Origin: Octopus vulgaris
Taxonomy: Eukaryota
Direction of reading: 5' to 3'
Assembly (NCBI GenBank): GCA_951406725.2
Contig: OX597816.1
Span: forward strand, 78,058,001 to 78,122,000
Length of the DNA stretch: 64,000 nt
Shown: piece by piece, positions 53,925 through 64,000 of the stretch
How the letters are laid out: every line of letters begins with the position of its first letter
Numbering within the stretch: position 1 is the first letter of the stretch
The notes under the pieces: generated by a model
Database searches by the model: none
What the model saw: only the letters and a program-made list of their open reading frames with translations
What the model was told of the DNA's origin: nothing
Position numbers and translations under genes: made by a program

Positions 53925-54858
53925 ATGGAAGTGAAACATGTGGCGGAACAGCTAAGCTACATGGCAGTGAAACGTGTATGAACAGCCATACTACATGGTA
54001 GTGAAACATGGGCCGTGACTGCTGAAGACATGCGTAAGCTCGCAAGGAATGAAGCCAGTATGCTCCGCTGGATGTGTAATGTCAGTGTGCATACTCGACA
54101 GAATGTAAGTACCTTGAGAGAAAAGTTGGACCTAAGAAGCATCAGATGTGGTGTGCAAGAGAGACAACTGCGCTGGTATGGTCATGTGGTAAGAATGGAT
54201 GAGGATAGCTGTGTGAAAAAGTGCCACAACCTAGCGGTTGAGGGAAACTGTGGAAGAGGTAGACCCAGGAAGACCGAGACCTTTGGAAATGTGCAGTGCT
54301 TGAGAAAACCTGGCAAGCCAAGTGAGACCATAACCCGTAGCCTATGCCAGGGGTGTAACCAGCCCACTTATGTGTACCTTTCCTTCAGTGAACACTAAAC
54401 TCTGCTTGCGAAGACCTGTTGAGACAAGTGAAATCGAATCAAATTTGATGACTGGCACTCATGCCAGTGGAGTGCTAAGAGCGCCATCCGAGTGTGATTG
54501 TTGCGAGAGCAGCCGACTGGCTTCCATGTCGGTGGCACATAAAAATGCCAGTGGCATGTGAAAAAACATTTAAGCAAGGTCATTGCCAGTGCTTCTGGAC
54601 TGGCTCTAGTGCAGGCAGCACTTAAAAAACACCATTTGAGTGTGGCCGTTGCCAGTACCGCCTGACTGGTCCTCGTGCCGGTGGCATGTAAAAGCACCCA
54701 CTACACTCTTGGAGTGGTTGGCGTTAGAAAGGGCATCAAGCTGTAGAAACTTTGCCAGATCAGATTGGATCCTGGTGCAGCCATCTGGTTCGCCAGTCCT
54801 CAGTCAAATCATCCAACCCATGCTAGCATGGGAAGTGGATGTTAAACGATGATGATGA
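53925..54858 (+). mobile_element. Second, decayed RTE 3' fragment
   Basis: TAEDMRKLARNEASMLRWMCNVSV...GRGRPRKT, degenerate 3'UTR units, (GAT)n tail. Confidence 0.88.
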
Positions 54859-55094
54859 TATATCAGTTGGATAGAGTTAAAACATGGTCTGGTTTTCACA
54901 TTTTTTTAAAATACCATAATAAAAACGTGAAAACCAGACCAAGCTTTAACTTTATTGAACTGATATAATATTCTATACACATTTACACAAATTTGGAAAA
55001 AATATTTATACACACACACATATGTATATATATATAAGGATGCATATATGTTTATATGTACATATACTTAAAAGTTGTGACCTCAGGCATGACT

Positions 55095-55940
55095 ATTTTA
55101 CTTTTATTTGTTTCAGTCATTTGATTGCTGCCATGCTGGAGCACTGCCTTTAGTCGATCAAATCAACCCCAGGACTCAGTCTTTGTAAGCCTAGTACTTA
55201 TTCTATCAATCTCTTTTGCCAAACTGCTAAGTTACAGGGACGTAAATATACCAGTATCAGCTGTCAAGCAATGGTGGGGGGGGACAAACACAGACACACA
55301 CAAAACAAGAGAGAAGATGGAATACGGCATTCAACCAGTCTAATCTTGGATATTTTTATCCCCCTGAGGTTCATATCCTCATTTGTACCTTGATCTGCAT
55401 TATATATATATATAAATTGGGCTTCTTTCAGTTTCCATCTATCAAATCTACTCATACAGCTTTGGCTGGCCCAAGGCTCTAGAAGAAGGCACTTGCTCAA
55501 GGTGTCACGCAATGGGACTGAACGTAGAACCATGTGGTTCGTAAGCAAGCTACTTACCACACATCCACTCCTGTGTCTGTGTATAGAAAGTTTATTTCCC
55601 TACCACATGACTTTGGATTCAGTCCCACCACATGGTATCTTGAACAAGTGCCTTGTACTATAGCTCTAAGCTGACCAAAGCTTTGTGAGTGGATTTGATA
55701 GATGGAAACTGAAAAGAATCCTGTCATGTGTGTGTGTGTGTGTCTTTTCACACTTGTGCCCCACCACTGCTTGACAACTGGTATTGGTTTGTTTACATTC
55801 CTGTAACTTAGCGTTTTAGCAAAAAGAAACTGATACAATAAGTACCAGGCTTAAAAAAAAATAAACACTGGGCTCGATTTGTTTGACAAAATCCTTCAAG
55901 GTGGTGCCCCAGCATAGCCACAGTAACTGAAACAAGGAAA
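55095..55940. mobile_element. Head-to-head pair of decayed SINEs (minus 55095-55575, plus ~55580-55940)
   Basis: Both match the 49592 family in opposite orientation. Confidence 0.75.
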
Positions 55941-57879
55941 ATAACAGATATAAATGGAAGGAGACAGTTATCTTTGTATGTGATAGATGCACGGGGACAA
56001 TAAGCACTAAAGACACAAGGGAATAAGATTTTCTCAAATACCTAAGAGGCTCTTTTGAGGTTGTAACAGTTTCTGTTACCAAGCTGATCAAATTAGCAGT
56101 GGATAAGGGTGTTCTGAAAGTATTGTTGCTAGAATAAATTTGAATGGTGGAAGTTCTGAGAGCTATTACCTCTGTTGGCAACAAAATGATTCTCTCAGAG
56201 TGAAAAGCAGATTGTATGCTGTTTGTGTACAAATGGCTATGCTCCGTGGTAATGAAACTTGGGCTTACATGCAGAGGACATGTGAAGACTGGTAAAAATC
56301 ATTATTTAGTTAGAGGAGAGCAATAACTATGATCTTTGCAGTTCTTCCCAGATAGTTCTAGGAATAAAAGTTTGAAATTTTAGTGCAGGTTTGGTGGAGG
56401 TGATTAAATAGGTGTATCAAGTGAACCCGAGCAGATGTGGTGTATAGCTTGCTAGTTCTGAAATGAAGAGGCCCTTAAAAATTAGTAGATGAAGTTTGAG
56501 AAGAAATAGCACATCTGTTGACTAGTGGTTCTAACCATGTTGATGAGAAAATCTCAGTCAAGAATCACTTGGGATTTTTTTTCTTAAGATGGCGTTAGGA
56601 AGGGCATCCAGCCGTAGAAACACTGCCAGATTTGACTGGGCCTGATGAAGCCTTCTGGCTTCACAGACCCCAGTAGAACCGTCCAACCCATGCTAGCATG
56701 GAAAACGGACGCTAAACGATGATGATGATGCTTTAATAGATTTTAACATGTTGGTGTGCTTAGCAGCTTCAGTATTGTATGTCTGAGTGGTATGCTAATA
56801 AGGGTCACAATTGAGCTTTGCACTGATTTACTAACCCATCAAGATTATAGTATTTTCTAATTTTTAAGAAACCTGGTTGTCTTTAAGGTATAGTTTGGCA
56901 ACATTATGCAAATGAAACAACAATGAGATTTCAGAGACTTTGTTGCCTGGCATTTGCAATTACTCAAATTTTGAGAAAGAGAGAGAGTCTTAGTACTATT
57001 GAAGAGAAGTCATGCACTCATTGAAGAATGTTTTCTAAGTGTCTGTTCATGATGGTTCTCATGCAAAATAGGAGGATATTTTTGATGTCTGTTCTGGCTT
57101 CAGGTAGAAATATCTAACACTTTATGCTGTTCACTTTGTTAATAATAAAGATTTTTGGCTTTGTCTGAAATGTTGGCTGTTTTATCTTGTAACATATTAA
57201 CATGTCAAACTTATTTATTTTTACTTTTCCTGGCCTCCTTTCCTATAATACACTAACATATAAATAGCTGCAAAAATTTAAATAATATTACTTAACTCTC
57301 TCACATGGCAATATATATATTTCTAATGTAATATGCTGCCTGTATGTATCACAGTAGGTAATAAAAAAAATAACCACAAATATTAAAAGGCATTGGTAAA
57401 CTTTTTGTTTTTCATTATTCAACTGGTGTTTTGAATATTAAAAATAAAACAATTCATTATAAAACTAAAACCTTCCACAATAATTCCATATAATTCAAAA
57501 CAGTACATTTTGAATTATATGAAATTATTGTGGAAGTATATGTTTGTGATTGTGTATTGGGCAAACATTTAGAGATATATGTATATAGTGATCCAGCATA
57601 TGAATCACAGTTTAATTTTGCTGAAACTACAAAAATGATTTTTGACAATGAATCAAAATGCAAAGACATCATTTTAAGATTAAGCACATGTTGCCTTTCT
57701 GAACCAAGCAGTAGAACATAAATACATTAAATCTCATGGGTTGAATGGGTAGTCATGAACCAAGTCAGTTCTTATTTGGAGTTAATGCTCTACTAAATGG
57801 TTCAGAGTTTGTTTTCTATCGCTGGATTACCTCCCAAGTGTTACAGAATATATTGTTACAGGCTGATGCTAGTACTGCC

Positions 57880-58281
57880 TGACTGACACCTGTGCCGGTG
57901 GCACATAAAAAGCACCATTTGAGTGTGGTTGATGCCAGCCCCACCAGACTGGCTCCCATGCCAGTGACACATAAAAAGCATCATATGAGCGAGATTGATG
58001 CTAGCATCACCTGACTGATCGTTGTCAGTGCCACCTGACTGGCTACCGTGACGGTGACACGTAAAAATCACCATTTGAGCGTGGTCAATGCCAGTACCAT
58101 CTGACTGGCCCCGGTGCTGGTGGCACATAAAAAGCACCTACAACACTCTCGGAGTGGTTAGCATTAAGAAGGGCACCCAGCTGTAGAAACCTTGCCAGAT
58201 CAGATTGCAGCCTGGTGCAGTTTCCTGGCTTGCCAGTCTTTAGTCAAACCATCTAACCCATACCAGCAAAGAAAGCAGACG
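57880..58281 (+). mobile_element. RTE 3'UTR fragment (degenerate tandem units + tail)
   Basis: gtgccggtggcacataaaaagcacc units followed by the shared tail and (GAT)n. Confidence 0.8.
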
Positions 58282-58939
58282 TTAAAAGATGATGATGATG
58301 ATTGGCTGCATTATACTGTGCTCTCAATACTACAGATGTTGTCATGCCTTTAAGACAAGACTAATGAATCCTCTCTATCTCCATTCATTCATCAACCACT
58401 TTACAGAGTGTTCTGTACCTATTTTATCATCTCATCAGTTCTAAGGAAGTTGTTTCATCCCCAGCAAGACTAAAGACTTGTCCTTATCTTACATCGTTAG
58501 CTTACCAGAAGGTTACCTCATTCCCAGCTGAGAGAAAAGAGAGTGATGAAAGGACAAGAAAGAGGAAATTGGATAGAAAGAACATGAGGCACAATAGGGG
58601 AAGAGAGAGTGGGTGATAGGAGGGAGACTGCAAGTAACAGAACAGGAAGTGAGAAAATGCTGAGGGAAAGAGAGTACTGGAGAAAAGAGAGTACTGGGTT
58701 AGAATGATGATGAGAGAGCATGATGGAGGAGAGAGAAAGAGTGATAGGTGTCAACAATGAGTGATAGAGAAAGGAGTAATACAAGTAGGGTAAAGATGGG
58801 TTCAAGTACAATAGTAAAAGTAATGGATGTCAAAAATAAATGACATGAAAGATATAGACAGGATGTGAGGGATATTTGAGGATACTTAGTTATCAGTATA
58901 TTACTTTCTTGATAGCAAATAAAAAGTTTTCTTTCAGTT

Positions 58940-59806
58940 CCCCATAGCAGATAGAATGCCAGCACAAGAAATGAAAAGATATGAAGCCTCTGTTACATAT
59001 GTGCAGAACACAACAATTAGTAAATTGCAAACTTTCTCAGCCTTGCAAGATCTTTTGTACACAAAGTTCAGATAAGCCTCTGACAGGAATGTTTCAACTG
59101 TATTAAAGAGAGAATAAAAAACATTCTAGACGTCCAGGTACTTATAAGAACACTGCAATTCATCCACTGGGTTGAAAACATTGATAATGATCCCAGCACA
59201 GAAAAAAAAAACACTTGATCTAAGCCAGGCAATTACTTAACAAGGTTAAAAACCTTCACGCATGCTAGTTTTTTTAATTAATTTCTCTTCTCTGAAGAGA
59301 AAAACTTTGACCAAGACCAAAAATCTAACAGAAGTGACAGTTTGTACAGATCCTTCTGTTTCCAAAATGATGTACACTAAGTTTACAGTAACTGTGATAG
59401 TTTTAGGAGTGGTGAGTGACGAAGCCTTTGTCATAATATCTTACATCTTAGAGTCTTAGAAGTAATGTTGCTGGATTTGTTGAGGTGCTTGAGACAGGTA
59501 TTAAGGATGGGTGAAGTATAAAGTGAAAGGCCATGTATGCTTCAACAAGACTCAGTATCTGCTCACAAGACCCACATAATCTAGGAATGAATGTCAATCA
59601 ATATTTACTATCATATAACACCAAATTTGTGTATTCCAAACTTGCCAGATGTAAATCACACGGACTATTACAATTGGAGCATTGCTGAAAGGGAGATTAA
59701 TCAATATCCTCACAATACCCTAGCTTCAATGAAGGCTACCATTGCCCGGGTGATGTCCAAATGAATTGAAGCAGTTATTGAAACAAATGGTGGACCCATA
59801 GAATAA
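58940..59806 (+). pseudogene. Highly decayed Tc1/mariner-superfamily transposase (maT-like)
   Basis: Remnants SEEKNFDQDQK, TKFTVTVIVLGVVSDE, LQQDS..AHK, PD.NH.DYY.W, IEAVIETNGGPIE*. Confidence 0.7.
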
Positions 59807-60149
59807 TCTTATAAGAAAGTTTATCAAGAACATGTGCACAAATTTTTATTAAAATAAATTTGTTTTTTGCAAGATTACAACTGTTTTATTAAATTACCAA
59901 ATATGAGAGAGAGAGTGGGAGTGTGTGTGTGTGTGTGTGTCTGTGAGTGTGTGTGCAATGGATAACAATAAAAATAGATGGTGATCCAATGCAATGTTAT
60001 CCTTCAGTGCACCAGTGGTGTAATTTAACAAAGACAGGACAATAGAAAGGAGGAACACTGAAAAGGAAGAGTGATTGATAAGAGGGTAATGAATTAAGAG
60101 AGATTGCAGATTTTTTCTTGAATGAGTTAGGCAAGTTATCTCCAGCACA

Positions 60150-60540
60150 GCACTTCACCACAAGTCACTGTCGTTTGTCATCTTTGTGAAGTTCAGCCTC
60201 TTGAGATGTCTTCACAATTTCAGACAATGCCTTCTTTGGCCTCTCTTCCAAATGCTTGCCTTATTTCTAATCTTCATAAATTTTCTACATTCAAGATCCA
60301 TATCTGACAACAATGCAATATCACACTTCATCCATAAGCATTGTATAAGCTGCCTTTTATTCTGAGAAAGAAAGTCTTTGTTGTTAACAGAGATTATAGC
60401 TCCCTGAACTTTCTCCACCTTGTTTTTAGTGATAATTATGCTTTTGGAAGACTCACCACAACTGCTAATGAGGTCACCAAGATAACAGAAGTTAACAACT
60501 ACCTCTAGGGAGTCCTCCAAGTATTTCAAGGAATTTAATC
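60150..60540 (-). pseudogene. Decayed RTE ORF2 fragment
   Basis: DSLEVVVNFCYLGDLISSCG matches EKLEVVDSFRYLGDQVSSGG of the 46873 ORF. Confidence 0.75.
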
Positions 60541-60544
60541 TCAT

Positions 60545-60992
60545 GCACAGACATGGCTGTATGGATTAAAAGTTTACTTCTCAACTACATGGTTGTGAGT
60601 TCAGTCCTATAATGTGACATCTAGGATAAGTGTCCTCTACTATAGCCCTGGGCCAACCAAAAGCTTATGAGTGGGTTTGATAGATGGAAACTGAAAGAAA
60701 ACCCATCGTGTGTGTGTGAGAGAGAGAGAATGCGAGCACAAACATGCATACACATGTGCTTCCTTGTCTTGAAACCACATGATAACTGTAAATGTGTAAT
60801 CATCAGAGAAGCATTGTCATTTGTTTTCAATCTTCTGTGAAAATATGTCTGGGCTTGGAAAAATATAACCTTGTTAGGAAACAAGTGAGGCTTGGCAACA
60901 GGGAGGGTATCTGGCTGTAGAAGATCTGCCTTAAAGAATTCCATCTGACCAATGCAAGCATGGAAAAGTGGACATTAAAACAATGACGATGT
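60545..60992 (+). mobile_element. SINE with tRNA head and RTE-like tail (similar copy ~41100-41460)
   Basis: Head as in the 49592 family; tail gggtatctggctgtagaa...atgcaagcatggaaaagtggacattaaa resembles the RTE 3' end. Confidence 0.7.
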
Positions 60993-62056
60993 ACCCTCCA
61001 TACTAACTACTCCTGTGCATTTGCAACATATGAAGTCTACCTTCCTTGTTAGTTTGCTTCTGAATCCACTATATAATTTGTGTGTGTGTAGACAACTCTG
61101 GGAGAATTTAAATCACAGTGATGCTGCTATTAAACTGCTTCTCAGTTAGTGTAATTAGTGCTACACCATTAAACTGTTCTTTTTTTTTTATACTTTAAGC
61201 AAAGTACAGTGAAACTATATGGCACCTTTCAAAATGGCACAACAATACCTTAATTCATGATCTCTATCTAAGTCAAGCAATCACAGTATCTATCTTATCC
61301 TTTCAACATTTTATTTCCAAGTGCACACACATGTAGAGAGAGAACAAAGATAGGCACATATCATGTGGCTCAATGGCTAAATAATACCCTATGCAACAGG
61401 TGTTACATATTTTTGTAAGCTCACAAAAATTTCTGCTTGAGTTAACAGGAGGATAAAATATCTATTGAAAATCTATTCTTTTGTAAAGATATTAACTAAT
61501 AAACCAGTTTCGAAGAATTAAAAATAAGACAAAAGTAAATAAAAATTTATCAACTTCTCACAGACTGAGAACAATACAAAAACCAAAGAATAATTATAAT
61601 TTTGAAATAATGTTTTTTGACTTTCTTATTTCAAATTAGGCCAAAAACATACTGGTTCTCACTGAAGCAGCAAAATAATTTCACTGAGAGAAAACAGACT
61701 TTAAAAAGATCTTAGCAATACCTATGCTTTATTGTACTATAACAATAGTAAGTACATTTATATTAACTTACTGTTGAAAGTTAGTAGTCTTACCTGTAAA
61801 ATATATTCTACACAATATATGCCATTGTGATACATTCAAGACTCTCCAACTCATAATAATCTCTTGTTAGATGTGTATTTCTACAATCCATACTCTGTAT
61901 ATTTAACAGTGACTAACGCAAGTGAATGTGATACAATTATTTAGAAAATACTTTTGTTTGGTTCAGTATAAACACCATTCATTTTGTGTAAGAATTTTCT
62001 TAATGAAGGGTTAAGAGAAAAATGAGAAAATAATAAGCCAACAAGTTTCCACTTAC

Positions 62057-62150
62057 ATCATTGCCATGACATTTTAGTAATTCCATTTCATCTGCAGTAA
62101 AGCTTGCCATTGATATAGATTTCACTCTGTGGGGAGGGTTTAATCCACGC
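62057..62150 (-). CDS. AGFG1: Internal 94-bp exon of ArfGAP with FG repeats (AGFG1/Hrb/drongo family)
   Basis: ttttacag|G CGT GGA... encodes RGLNPPHRVKSISMASFTADEMELLKCHGND|gtaagt; matches the recalled AGFG1 ArfGAP segment RGLNPPHRVKSISM; canonical splice sites. Confidence 0.92.
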
Positions 62151-62948
62151 CTGTAAAACAATTAGTTACTTTTTTAAAACAACATCTAATTTAAAAACAT
62201 CCATTACAGATTAATATTTTACTAAAGATTCTATCAAACGACTGTTAAAAAGAATATAAGAACATTTGTCCAATCTTTATTAATATCTGAAAGAAATATA
62301 ATACACATTTAAGAAATAGGTACGTTTATGTGAGAAAGGGATAAAACTGAAGAAGCCACAAATAAAATAAGGCAGAGGAAGAAAAGAAAAAAAATTTAAA
62401 TATCAGATATTAGACAAATTCTTATACATTGAATAAAGAAGCTCAAGCACATGTCAAATTAACCCATGGCTTAATAGCAATTACATGATAGATACAGAAC
62501 CCTAATTTCAGGATATAATCTGTAAATTCTACCCTTAACAAGCAAATTTTAACACTTTAAAAAAACTATAACTATGGTATGTATGTCATTGTCATTATCA
62601 CTATTTTACATCCACAACATGAGTGAGACACGTTACTACTGTCATATTTAAAGTTACTGCTCTCCTAGACAGGCCCTAATGCCAACTACATTACATAGTG
62701 TACTGGGTTCATTTTATCAAAGCACCAACATTGCATGGTTTGTATATTCTTAGTACCACTTGATCATTAACCATTTTACAGAGTGTACAGAGAGCATTTG
62801 TCTGTGGCACTAGCACTATTGAGATTGCCTTGTACCTATAAGACTAAAGAATTCTCATCACCCCATGAGGTCTCCATTCATTTAGAGCAATGCAATCAAG
62901 AAAATAAATAGTAGAGAGGGCAATGACGAATGGCATGTATGTACGTGC

Positions 62949-63002
<54 letters not shown>

Positions 63003-63007
63003 ATGTA

Positions 63008-63225
63008 CAATAATACCTTGCCATATCGCGGTTCACCTATTGTGGCTTATTACTTAAGCTTACATCAATTCCTCTGTGGCGTTGTTTTGCATTTATAATA
63101 AAATAAATATATACAAATTATAAAAACAAAAAAATATACATTACAGTACTGTTTCTACTTCGTGGATTTTCACCTATTGCGGGAGGTTTTGAAACGTAAC
63201 ACCCACAATAGTCAAGGGATTACTG
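63008..63225. mobile_element. Tigger/pogo-like MITE
   Basis: TA|CAATAATACCTTG ... CAAGGGATTACTG|TA: imperfect TIRs with TA duplication. Confidence 0.65.
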
Positions 63226-64000
63226 TATATGAATCCATGAAAGGAAGAGTTGAAGGACTTAGAGAATAGTGTGAGGTATAAGGATAGCAGTGCACAATGC
63301 TTCCAGTAGAACTCAGACATCATAAGTTTATTGCTAAATCTACTATGCCCGTCATTATTGACATTGGACTTAAGAACAGCACAGCAGTGATTTGTGAACT
63401 AGAGAGAAGTGGAAAATATATTAATATGGCAAACACATGTAAGAGAAATACCATAGCTGAGGACAAAAAAACTAATCCTCAGTGAGATTAAAACAAAATA
63501 GTTACTGTAAAGTTGGAACGGCTACAGCTGCGTCTAGTTTGGTGTGGTGGCTGCAGGGATGATGACAAGAAAAAGTGTGCCACAGTATGGGCCAAAAAGC
63601 CTGGGCATTCCCTAGTAGCATGCTGCCAAAATTAAAGAGATCTCTAGTTGACAACTGAGAAAATTAACACACACACAAATACACACAGGTATGCATGATT
63701 ACAGACATAGACATGTTGCATGTCTATATAATCATGCATGGTATGCGTCCACTCAGAATCTCACAAGTAGGGTGTCCTGCAGAAAAACTAAGGCCAGATT
63801 TGGAATCAATAAATAAATTGAAATAAACAAACAAAACAAATACCATTTTCATCCATTGGGTCTCAGAAGATTCTCTACTTCTTTAAAATTCACTTCTAAT
63901 TATTCAAGATATTGAGGTGAAATTTGATATACTATTCAATAATACTTTACTGATAATTTAATAAGTTTTATTAGCCTTGTAGCTGTTCAATTACAGGAGG

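Noticed and set aside
56640-56670. CTGATGA + AGCC/GGCT hairpin in the RTE tail (also at 49463)
   Set aside because: Followed by TCAC rather than GAAA, with no stem III or I; just a TGAAGCC/GGCTTCA hairpin.

Overview
AT-rich, microsatellite-dense eukaryotic DNA. The SINE/LINE complement and (TA)n/(TACA)n/(GATA)n load suggest an Octopus-like cephalopod (inference). It is almost all repeats, split by a 100-N gap at 35179-35278. Left of the gap: two Penelope-like retroelements (RT + GIY-YIG) with inverted pseudo-LTR arms, a third PLE fragment, several small hairpin/foldback elements in (TA)n tracts, tRNA-derived SINEs and a CR1-type 3' end. Right of the gap: a decayed Ty3/gypsy pol, two Tc1/mariner relics, a young 5'-truncated RTE LINE with a PHD-type finger and a tandem-hairpin 3'UTR, more SINEs, and one clear host exon (AGFG1-like ArfGAP, minus strand). 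Most notable: (1) both PLEs have an upstream ORF that ends just after a conserved T-TTT-TTA heptamer, with RT in the -1 frame, suggesting a gag-pol-like programmed frameshift or alternatively a splice acceptor. (2) Many minimal type-I hammerhead ribozyme motifs occur in the PLE pseudo-LTRs and in small (TA)n-embedded elements; their core positions 3/8 covary (C-G, U-A, G-C), and one caps an ~88-bp hairpin. Coordinates were read by eye; no database searches were run.
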